Source of the DNA: a virus
Lineage: Duplodnaviria; Caudoviricetes
Virus record (IMG/VR): IMGVR_UViG_3300031539_000035
Location: 1-56,561 of that record
Direction: 5' to 3' (one strand)
DNA length: 56,561 nucleotides
The notes beneath the pieces are model-generated. The model was not told the origin of the DNA. It was given only the letters and a program-made list of their open reading frames with translations, and made no database searches. Positions 27,403 through 35,336 of the stretch are shown here, piece by piece. A program made the translations under genes and the position numbers. Each line of letters starts with the position of its first letter. The stretch's first letter is position 1.

Positions 27403-28542
27403 ATGCGACGAATCGTTGGGATGCTGAGCGAGCTGCGCGCACTCCAGCTGCAGAGGCAGGGGCTGGAGAGCCGGATCGCTGAGTCAAGGGAAATGTTCAC
27501 GTACCTGGATCGTGGGTTGAACGGACTCGACCCGCAGATCATGCCCGAGCGACTGGGCGAGGTCATGGTCTCGGCGGACTTTACCTACGCCATCCAGGAG
27601 TTCGTCCAGCGCGAGATGTGGGGTCCGTACAACGCCAAGCGGTTCGCGTTCGAACCGCTGGTGAAGCCCGACACTCTGCCCAACTTCATGCAGGTCACGC
27701 GCTACCAGCAGCGAGGTAGCCTGGATGATCTGGAGTACGTGGGCGAGAAGGGGGAGGCGCGAGCGGGTTCCGTGGATGATGTTGTGAAACGTCAGTACAG
27801 GGTCTACAAGTGGGAGAAGCAGTTCGAGTTCGCGATGGAGACCCTGGTCAATGATGATATCGGTCTCTTGACCGATCAGGCGCGCAACATGGGCCAGGCG
27901 GCGCGGCGGACACTTGAGAAGTATGTGAGCCGGATGTATACCAACGCGACGACCATCGCCAGGTTGGTGCTGCTCGGGGCGCTGTACTCGACCACTGGGC
28001 GACTGACCTCCGCGCGCATTTCGACGGCGCGGATGGCCTTCAACCAGCGGGTCGATGCTGACGGAGAACCGATCTCGGCCACCATGACCTACCTGGTGTA
28101 CCATCCGGGGCTGGTCGATCAGGTGCGCACGATCCGGCAGTCTCAGTTGGTGCCCGAGCTGGCGACCAACGCGGTCAACGTCGTGGCGGGCGATTTCACC
28201 CCCATCGAGGACCCGTACATCGCTGGCGCGGCTCCGAACTTGCCATGGTACGCGTTCACCGACTGGCAGACTAGCGGGATCGTCCCGTTCGTGCTGGCCA
28301 GGCGGCAGGGCGTGCCCGCTCCCATGATCCTTCGCAAGAAGAGCGACATGGAGAGCGTGGCGACCATGCTGGGTGCAGGCGCGGACGTGGCCCCGATCAT
28401 GGGCGACTTTGCCACCGGCAACGTCGTGATCAAAGTCCACGACGAGTGGGGCACGTACATCGACACGACCGTGGGCGTCACGAACGAGGGCAACATGTTT
28501 GACGCGAACGGATGCTTCTACTCCAGCGGCACGGCGCCGTAA
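27403..28542 (+). CDS. major capsid protein (Mu gpT-like HK97 fold)
   Basis: 379 aa; SADF, LEYVGEKGE, ETLVNDDIG..MGQAARRT; position; strong SD. Confidence 0.85.
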   Translation: MRRIVGMLSELRALQLQRQGLESRIAESREMFTYLDRGLNGLDPQIMPERLGEVMVSADFTYAIQEFVQREMWGPYNAKRFAFEPLVKPDTLPNFMQVTRYQQRGSLDDLEYVGEKGEARAGSVDDVVKRQYRVYKWEKQFEFAMETLVNDDIGLLTDQARNMGQAARRTLEKYVSRMYTNATTIARLVLLGALYSTTGRLTSARISTARMAFNQRVDADGEPISATMTYLVYHPGLVDQVRTIRQSQLVPELATNAVNVVAGDFTPIEDPYIAGAAPNLPWYAFTDWQTSGIVPFVLARRQGVPAPMILRKKSDMESVATMLGAGADVAPIMGDFATGNVVIKVHDEWGTYIDTTVGVTNEGNMFDANGCFYSSGTAP

Positions 28543-28571
28543 CGTGAGAAAGCCGGACATGGCCGGATGAC

Positions 28572-28600
28572 CTGGGCTCCTGCAATGTGCAGGAGCCCAG
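28572..28600 (+). terminator. 13-bp hairpin after the MCP (stabiliser/attenuator)
   Basis: CTGGGCTCCTGCA-ATG-TGCAGGAGCCCAG; no T-tract. Confidence 0.5.
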
Positions 28601-28630
28601 CGGGGGACACAAGAAACGAGGGAGCGAGAG

Positions 28631-28897
28631 ATGGCAAGAGAAAAGAAGCCGCCGTACCGAATCATCGAGCACGGTGGTCCGGAGCACGCTGCCCTGCTGG
28701 GGCTGGTGGCGGTTGGGGACAGTTACGAACTGGCCGATCCCACGCCGTACATTCAGACGGACCCGACTGGGCGGCTGGAGTCGATCGTCACCAGGCAGCG
28801 GGTGGCGGAGTTGCAGGGCGGGTTCCCGAAGCTGCAGAGTACGGACCCGCTGAAGCCGAACTACGCGCCGCCGATCTGGCGACCCACGGACGAATAG
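28631..28897 (+). CDS. hypothetical protein
   Basis: GAGGGAG SD and ORF after the MCP. Confidence 0.6.
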   Translation: MAREKKPPYRIIEHGGPEHAALLGLVAVGDSYELADPTPYIQTDPTGRLESIVTRQRVAELQGGFPKLQSTDPLKPNYAPPIWRPTDE

Positions 28898-28943
28898 GCG
28901 GTATGATCAAAGACGGCGTGTGTGAACGCGCTGGGAGGGGACA

Positions 28944-29927
28944 ATGTACGGAATCGGACTTCCGCTCTTGAGGGCGGCGCCCTGGTTTCCTGGACAGATG
29001 GGCGTGCCCGGCTCGGACGTGCCGCGCGGTCTGCGCACGGCCCCCACGGGCATCGTGCTATACGTGGACGATGAGCACCCGAACGCCACGGCAACGGCAG
29101 ACGGCACGGACCCCGAGAACCCACTGAGCACGATAGCGGCCGCGGTGGCCAGCCCGTTTCTGACCGAGGGCAGCGTGATCGTGGTGGCTAATCAGGCGAC
29201 GATCGCCGAGAGCGTGCTGGTGCCTATCACCGCTCCGGCGCACGTAGCCATTGTGGGCGCTGGGGATACGCGGCATCAGCCGACCTGGACGAGCGCGCTG
29301 GCGACGACCCCGTGCTTGACTATCCGACAGATCGGCTGGACGGTGAGCGGATTTACGTTCACCGTGCCGGCGAGTTCTGCGGCAATCCTTCTGCAGGACA
29401 CCGTACTGGGCGGCCTGGCCTACAAGAACGTGATCGAGGACTGCATCTTCGACGGGTTCTGGTCTGGTAAATACGGTATCGAGTTGCAGGGGGCGCCGCA
29501 TCGCTTGACGGTCCGGAACTGCCAGTTCCTTGAGCTGCATCAGGCCGGGAACGATGCTTTCGCCATTATCGTGACGAGTACGCCGAACGCCAGCCCGTAC
29601 GAGTGTGAGATCCTGAACAACCTGTTCTGGGAGAACGACAATCACATCGGCGGCCTAGGCGCGGTGCGCGGGTTCAATGTGAGCGTGTTCGCTGGGAATG
29701 TTTTCGCCGTCGCGGGGCTGATTGCGGCGGCGCTCAAGTTGGACTTGCGTGGCGGCACCCTCGGGCGCAATATCGTCTACGGGAACGTGTTCCCTGGCGA
29801 CTACTCCAATATCGGTGGGTACTGGGACGGGGCAGCCGGGGCTGGCACGTGGATCGGCAACTTGGCTGAGGACACCGCCGAAGCGGAAGTTGGCGATAAC
29901 GGGTTCACCATTCTGCCACCGGCATAG
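28944..29927 (+). CDS. right-handed beta-helix (pectin lyase-like) virion protein, paralog 1
   Basis: YVD..DGTDPENPLSTIAAA and repeated N/C-F beta-helix rungs. Confidence 0.7.
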   Translation: MYGIGLPLLRAAPWFPGQMGVPGSDVPRGLRTAPTGIVLYVDDEHPNATATADGTDPENPLSTIAAAVASPFLTEGSVIVVANQATIAESVLVPITAPAHVAIVGAGDTRHQPTWTSALATTPCLTIRQIGWTVSGFTFTVPASSAAILLQDTVLGGLAYKNVIEDCIFDGFWSGKYGIELQGAPHRLTVRNCQFLELHQAGNDAFAIIVTSTPNASPYECEILNNLFWENDNHIGGLGAVRGFNVSVFAGNVFAVAGLIAAALKLDLRGGTLGRNIVYGNVFPGDYSNIGGYWDGAAGAGTWIGNLAEDTAEAEVGDNGFTILPPA

Positions 29928-29939
29928 AGGAGGTGATCT

Positions 29940-30920
29940 GTGAACATAGGATTGCCTCTTACGAGGGCAAAGCCCTGGTACCCCGGACAGATGGGGGTGC
30001 CAGGGACCGATACCGAACGTGGGCTCCGCACGCATACTACGGGAACCGTGTTCTATGTGGACCCCAACTATCCTGGTGTTAGCGACTTGCGGGATGGTAC
30101 CGATCCGGAGGATCCGCTGACGACGGTGGCGGCGGCGCTGACCAAGTGCCAGGCATACCGGGGTGACGTGATCCTGGTGATGGCTAACGGAAGTTGGCAG
30201 TATGCTGGCCCGAATGATTACGCTACGGTGATCGCCGAGAGCGTGATCGTGACGGTGCCCGGCGTGAGCATCATCGGCGTGTGCCCCTCCAGTCCGGTGG
30301 GCGTCTTGTGGACGCCGGCTGCGGACTTGGGTTGGTGCATCGAAATCCGGGCTTGCGACGTGACGGTGGATGGGTTCGCGTTCGTTGGCGAGCCACAGGA
30401 CACTGGCGCGAATGGCATTTTGGCGGAGTATAGCGCAGGACGGTATGGCGATAATGCTGTGATCCGCAACTGTTACTTTGACAGTGCCATAGTGACCGGC
30501 GTGCAGCTGGAGTTCAGTTGGCAGACCATAATCGAGGGCTGCAAGTTCGATGGTTGCGGCTATGGGGTGTACGTGGACCCCGAGGGTCTAGGGGCGGCCT
30601 ACTGCGACATCTACAACAACGAGTTTCGCAATTGTACGGTAGGGGCCATCTACGCGGCTGGAATCGATGATAGTCGAATCCATCATAACAGCGTGTACAA
30701 CTCTGCTGCACAGGCTGGGGCAGCGGCTACCGACGAGGGGATCATCACGACTGACGGCGTGGAGCCAGACGGTGTACGGAATATCGTCTACGAGAACTGG
30801 CTCAGTTGCGCCCTGCCCGTCGGAGTCGGGGACTATAACGATCTCTGCTCTGGTAGCCCGACGGACGCTTGGGTACAGAACTTTTGTATGAATGGCCCAA
30901 CGACCACTAACCCGACCTAG
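29940..30920 (+). CDS. right-handed beta-helix virion protein, paralog 2
   Basis: Same N-terminus GLPL.RA.PW.PGQMGVPG; DGTDPEDPLTTV; beta-helix rungs. Confidence 0.7.
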   Translation: MNIGLPLTRAKPWYPGQMGVPGTDTERGLRTHTTGTVFYVDPNYPGVSDLRDGTDPEDPLTTVAAALTKCQAYRGDVILVMANGSWQYAGPNDYATVIAESVIVTVPGVSIIGVCPSSPVGVLWTPAADLGWCIEIRACDVTVDGFAFVGEPQDTGANGILAEYSAGRYGDNAVIRNCYFDSAIVTGVQLEFSWQTIIEGCKFDGCGYGVYVDPEGLGAAYCDIYNNEFRNCTVGAIYAAGIDDSRIHHNSVYNSAAQAGAAATDEGIITTDGVEPDGVRNIVYENWLSCALPVGVGDYNDLCSGSPTDAWVQNFCMNGPTTTNPT

Positions 30921-30929
30921 GAGGACTAG

Positions 30930-31124
30930 ATGCGTGATAGACTGACAGATCGATTCGTCGCGATGCTGGCGAACAAGTTGAGCTTGGCCGAGCCGCAGGC
31001 GCAGGCGTTGTATGAGGCCGGCTACGCGGATCCTCGTGACGTGCGGGCGCTCAAGGACGCCGAGTTGCTGGCGATACCGGGCATTGGGCAGGCGTCTGTG
31101 AACAAGATCCGGCGGAAGGCGTAA
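30930..31124 (+). CDS. HhH domain protein
   Basis: LYEAGY..ELLAIPGIGQASVNKIR. Confidence 0.75.
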   Translation: MRDRLTDRFVAMLANKLSLAEPQAQALYEAGYADPRDVRALKDAELLAIPGIGQASVNKIRRKA

Positions 31125-31126
31125 CG

Positions 31127-31783
31127 ATGGGTTTGAGCCAACTCGACGCGATCAGCCCCTTCGACTTTGTGGTCTACTGGGGCATCGACATGATCATCGC
31201 CGGCATCGACGATAGCGGCGGCGGTCCCAGTGTGTTCGTGACCGACGCGGATGGGTTGTTCGTGGAGCGGAACATTCTTCCCGGGGCGATAATCCGCAAC
31301 CTGACCACGGGCGTCGAAGGGCGCGTGACGACGGTCACCAGCCAGTCGGTCTTGCAGACTAGCACGGCCACCTGGACCACCGGCGACGAGTACAACCTTG
31401 CGCCGATGGATTGGGCCGAGTATCGGGTAGTCGAGCTGAGCCTGAAGAAAGCCATCGGCACGGTGGCCATGGCCTTGACCGCGGCAGGGGCAGGCAGTGA
31501 GACATACAGTTCCTACGGCTTGGACTACCTGAAGAACCTGGTGATGCTGATCGCGGTTGTGGTCCATAACGCGCCCTGCAAGGGCGCCCGATTGGACCCG
31601 GCGCAGCGCGAGAGCTACATGCAGTGGATTCAGACGGAGTTGAGCAACCTGCGGAGCGGCAAGACAGAAGTGGTGTCGGGATACACCGGGGCAGAGTTCC
31701 CGGCGATTGGATGGGCGGAGCAAGCGGTGACAGAGTGGGGCGCGGCGCAGATCGCCTTCAACCGGATTCGGAGGACACCCTAG
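31127..31783 (+). CDS. head-tail adaptor-like protein
   Basis: Position and size; C-terminal helical region with W..L.NLRSGK. Confidence 0.55.
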   Translation: MGLSQLDAISPFDFVVYWGIDMIIAGIDDSGGGPSVFVTDADGLFVERNILPGAIIRNLTTGVEGRVTTVTSQSVLQTSTATWTTGDEYNLAPMDWAEYRVVELSLKKAIGTVAMALTAAGAGSETYSSYGLDYLKNLVMLIAVVVHNAPCKGARLDPAQRESYMQWIQTELSNLRSGKTEVVSGYTGAEFPAIGWAEQAVTEWGAAQIAFNRIRRTP

Positions 31784-32020
31784 ATGGCTTGAGGCTGCTG
31801 GGTGCGGCGCGGGCGCGCCGCTCAGGAGGCTCCGGTGATTCGGTTGGGCGAAAAGGGCCTAGTCCTGCTCGAGTACGTGGGCGGCCTACGGAGCATCCGA
31901 GTGAGAGGGCCGGCGACCTGCCAACGGTATCTGTTTGGGGATGCGCGTCGGGTAGGGTACGTGGATGCGCGAGACGCGGGGCCGATAGTGCTGGGCGGTT
32001 ACTTTCGAAAGGCCGGGTAG
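31784..32020 (+). CDS. small protein, candidate selenoprotein (M-A-Sec-G-C...); alternative GTG start at 31802
   Basis: GGAGG-9nt-ATG GCT TGA GGC TGC, in frame with the 72-aa ORF; hairpin at 31798-31825. Confidence 0.55.
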
Positions 32021-32021
32021 C

Positions 32022-32549
32022 ATGGCGATCCTGTTCAAGGTCATCAAACCTAAGAGGCTGGACGACGCGGCCATGCGGAAGCAACTGCGCAACGGCCTGG
32101 AGCGCATGGGGCCGCGCCTCCTGAGAGACTTCCAGGCGACTACGGCGACGTGGGAGCACAAAGTAGTATTCGAGCGGCATACGCGGGTGCGGATGCGCGA
32201 GGACGCCGTATGGCTGGAGGTGACGACTCACGATCCTATCTACGGGTACGTGGACAGGGGCACCAAGCCGCACCTGATCTTCGCGGGCATCTATACCGGC
32301 AAGAGCAACAAGAGGGCGCTGGCATTCCATCCTGGTTCCAGTCCGAAGACGACGCCGAACGTCCTGAGCAGCGGGCCGGGGAGCGTGGGTGGGCCACTGA
32401 TTATGCGGCCTTACGTCCACCATCCGGGCACTAAGCCGCGCAATTTTACCAAGATGATCGAGACCAAGTGGCGGCCAAAGTTTTTGGCAGAGATGCACAA
32501 GAGCATGAAGGCGGCGGCCAAGGCCAGCGGGCATGGAGTAAGCCGATGA
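32022..32549 (+). CDS. neck/tail-completion protein (HK97 gp10-like)
   Basis: YGYVDRGTKPH..VHHPGTKPRNF motif. Confidence 0.7.
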   Translation: MAILFKVIKPKRLDDAAMRKQLRNGLERMGPRLLRDFQATTATWEHKVVFERHTRVRMREDAVWLEVTTHDPIYGYVDRGTKPHLIFAGIYTGKSNKRALAFHPGSSPKTTPNVLSSGPGSVGGPLIMRPYVHHPGTKPRNFTKMIETKWRPKFLAEMHKSMKAAAKASGHGVSR

Positions 32550-32881
32550 GGGTGACGATATTGGAGGACAGGGGCCCATCGCTCCTGGTGGAGTGGACGC
32601 AGGATGAGCGGATTCACCGGGCGATCCTGCCCAAGGACGTCGTCCAGGACGGCGAGATCGACGACGAAGAGGCCGCGAAGGGGATCGCCTACGGCCTGGA
32701 CTATGAGCGGCTGATCGCCATCACGGTGACGCCCGAGCAGATAGCGGCGGCATTGAGGGCACGAGGATACTGGACGGTAGAGGACTTGGAGCGGAACTGG
32801 GCGAAGGTGCAGAGGGTATTCGCACTGGCGGTATATCAGGACGCGGCGGCTATGCTGAGCGCGGCTAGGAGGTCTAGATGA
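32546..32881 (+). CDS. hypothetical tail-module protein
   Basis: ATGA-coupled ORF. Confidence 0.6.
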   Translation: MRVTILEDRGPSLLVEWTQDERIHRAILPKDVVQDGEIDDEEAAKGIAYGLDYERLIAITVTPEQIAAALRARGYWTVEDLERNWAKVQRVFALAVYQDAAAMLSAARRSR

Positions 32882-34413
32882 CTAGTCAAGGTGATGTGTT
32901 GGGCGGACTGAAGGGACTGGTTTGGGTGCAGCCGGGCGGGCCGAATACCGAGATGTACCCGCTGGCGTGTCACGAAATGGGCGACGTGACCCAGCCCCAC
33001 GAGACGGTGACACAGCGGTACTGCCCGGACCCGCGGCGGCCAGGCAAGTACCGGCCGGTTTACAAGGCGGCGGAAGCGCCAGGCCGTGCGGGCGGCAGCC
33101 TGACGACCTACCTGGAGCGGACGGCCGACTGGCTGGAAAAGATCGCGGATGTCGGTTGCGAGACGCCGATCTACCTGAACCTGTGGGTGGACGGGCGTGG
33201 CACCGCGTTCTCGACCTACACGCGCGGCGAGTTGTCGCTGGCCAGGATCGGGCAGGAGTCCCGGACCGGCATGATGACCAGGGAGAGCGACCCGGCAGCG
33301 GAGCAGACGTTCACCTACACGGCGGACGAGATCTGGAAATACTTCAAGCTCATTCGCAGCGAGCAACTTCTGGCGCTTGTGGCTCCTGAGCCCGGAGATG
33401 CGCTGGACATCGCCTTCGTGAACCGGCAGTCATGCCGGGCCGCTGGCGGTATTCAGGCGGAGGAATGCACCGAGGGGATTATCGGTTGTGAGGTCGAGGC
33501 GGCGGCGGATGCCGGTGTCTACTACACCCTGGACGGCGGGGCGACTTGGACCTTGTGCGCGGCGGTGCCCTTTGCCAACCCGTCCAACTCTGGAGCGGTG
33601 GCTGGGTTCCCGATCGATACTGGGGTGAACCGTTACCTGGTTGGGCGTACGAGCACGGTGGCCGCTACTTTGCCACAGATCGCCTACTCGGACGATCACG
33701 GTGCCAACTGGACCGTAGTGGACCTGCCGGGAACGGTGATAGAGTATTTGCAGGGTGGCGCGGCGCTTTGGGCGCTGGACAGCACGCACATCTGGTGCGT
33801 GACCGATGGCGGCGATATCTTCTTCTCCGATGATGGCGGTGAGAGCTACACGCAGCAGGCGAGCGCGAACGTCGCGGCGCTCTGGTGCATTCACTTCCGG
33901 GACGAGCGATATGGCCTGCTGGGTGGCGCGACCAATGTGATGTATTCCTCGGTAGACGGTGGGGAACACTGGTCGGCCGTTACGGGCCCTGCCGCTCAGG
34001 CTGCCGTAACGATCCTGTCCTGTTGCGTCATTGACGATATGGACTGGTGGATCGGCTATGCGGACGGTACGCTCTGGTTCACCCAGGACGGCGGCGCGAC
34101 CTGGACTCAGCGAGTCTTTACCGTGCCGGGCGCGGCCAGTGTCAACGTCGTGAACGACATCCAGTTTGAGAATGCCTACTTTGGCGCGGTTGCGGTGAAC
34201 TGGACGGACGGAAGCGGTGACGAGTGGGGCGCGATCCTACGAACGGTGAACGGTGGGCGCAACTGGGAGGTCTACCTGCCCAATGCCTCGTTCGATGAGG
34301 CGGCGGCGCCTGGCTACAACGCCCTCTGGCTCTGCGACCGGAACAAGGTCTACGCGGTTGGTGACATTATCGATGCGGTGGCGAGTGTCCACGTGTTCAG
34401 CGGAAACTTCTAG
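32878..34413 (+). CDS. probable major tail protein fused to a BNR/Asp-box beta-propeller
   Basis: N-terminal ~160 aa tube-like domain; repeated S/T-x-D-G-G-x-T-W Asp boxes; upstream of chaperone and TMP. Confidence 0.65.
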   Translation: MTSQGDVLGGLKGLVWVQPGGPNTEMYPLACHEMGDVTQPHETVTQRYCPDPRRPGKYRPVYKAAEAPGRAGGSLTTYLERTADWLEKIADVGCETPIYLNLWVDGRGTAFSTYTRGELSLARIGQESRTGMMTRESDPAAEQTFTYTADEIWKYFKLIRSEQLLALVAPEPGDALDIAFVNRQSCRAAGGIQAEECTEGIIGCEVEAAADAGVYYTLDGGATWTLCAAVPFANPSNSGAVAGFPIDTGVNRYLVGRTSTVAATLPQIAYSDDHGANWTVVDLPGTVIEYLQGGAALWALDSTHIWCVTDGGDIFFSDDGGESYTQQASANVAALWCIHFRDERYGLLGGATNVMYSSVDGGEHWSAVTGPAAQAAVTILSCCVIDDMDWWIGYADGTLWFTQDGGATWTQRVFTVPGAASVNVVNDIQFENAYFGAVAVNWTDGSGDEWGAILRTVNGGRNWEVYLPNASFDEAAAPGYNALWLCDRNKVYAVGDIIDAVASVHVFSGNF

Positions 34414-34528
34414 GCGGCGGATTGATAGCAGCGGGGGCAATTAACTTTGGGCGTAGGGCCAGTTGTGGCGTGTGGGTGCCCCCCGGCGCTATGACTGGCC
34501 TTATGCTAAATACAGGGGGGCTAGAGCA

Positions 34529-35173
34529 ATGAAGACCGGGACGTTTACGACCAAGAATGGAACGGAAATCGCCATTCAGGGCGTGAGCCCGCTGGTGATG
34601 CGCGAGGTCACCGTACAGGTAGAAGAGCGCCTGCGCATGGAAGGCCTGCCCATTGACCCGCCGCGGTATAGTGTGGAGGCCATTGGTGGGGACATCATCT
34701 GGCACGAGCACAATCCGACCACGCTGGTTGTGGAGGACAACCCCCAGGAGACGGCGGAGAACCGCCGCCTTTGGCGCGAGCATGAGGCGGCGCTGCGACG
34801 GCTAGAGCATGAGAATGCGAATGCTCTAGCGGCGGCCATGCTCATCGGCGGACTCGTGGATTTTCCCACCATGCCCAAGGGGGAAGACTATTGGCGGCGG
34901 CGCACTATGATGGGCATAGAGGATCCCAAGACACCGGCGGGACGCTATCAGGCATGGATCATGGCTGAGTACATGCCGGATGCAGAGGATTTCGAGGCGC
35001 TCTTAATGGCGATCCGGGGACTCAGTTTCGAGGGCGTCGATTGGGCACGGGTGGCCACGGTGAGGTCCTTGTTTCCGGGTACGGTACAAGGGGAAGCCCC
35101 TGGACCAGGTGTCGATAGCGAGCGGGTCGTGGACGACGGACAGGTGGATCCTGGAGGTGCAAGCAGCGCGTAG
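34529..35173 (+). CDS. tail assembly chaperone
   Basis: Directly upstream of TMP; overlapped by a second frame running to 35336. Confidence 0.65.
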   Translation: MKTGTFTTKNGTEIAIQGVSPLVMREVTVQVEERLRMEGLPIDPPRYSVEAIGGDIIWHEHNPTTLVVEDNPQETAENRRLWREHEAALRRLEHENANALAAAMLIGGLVDFPTMPKGEDYWRRRTMMGIEDPKTPAGRYQAWIMAEYMPDAEDFEALLMAIRGLSFEGVDWARVATVRSLFPGTVQGEAPGPGVDSERVVDDGQVDPGGASSA

Positions 35174-35336
35174 TTGGGGTCTGCACTCGATGAGTGAGTT
35201 TTGGGCGCTCGACGCGGAGGATAAGGCCATCATCGTCGCACTGCACGAGACCGAGATGATGATGCAGGCGATAGAGATACAGGCGCAGAACAAGGCCAAG
35301 AAGGCTGACGTGAACTTTGGCCAAGTGGAGGGCTGA
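35073..35336 (+). CDS. frameshifted C-terminal extension of the tail assembly chaperone (gpGT-like)
   Basis: +1 frame open 35064-35336 (FRVRYKGKP..SWGL..EFWALD); TTT-CCG slippery site at 35072. Confidence 0.55.
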   Translation, partial: FRVRYKGKPLDQVSIASGSWTTDRWILEVQAARSWGLHSMSEFWALDAEDKAIIVALHETEMMMQAIEIQAQNKAKKADVNFGQVEG

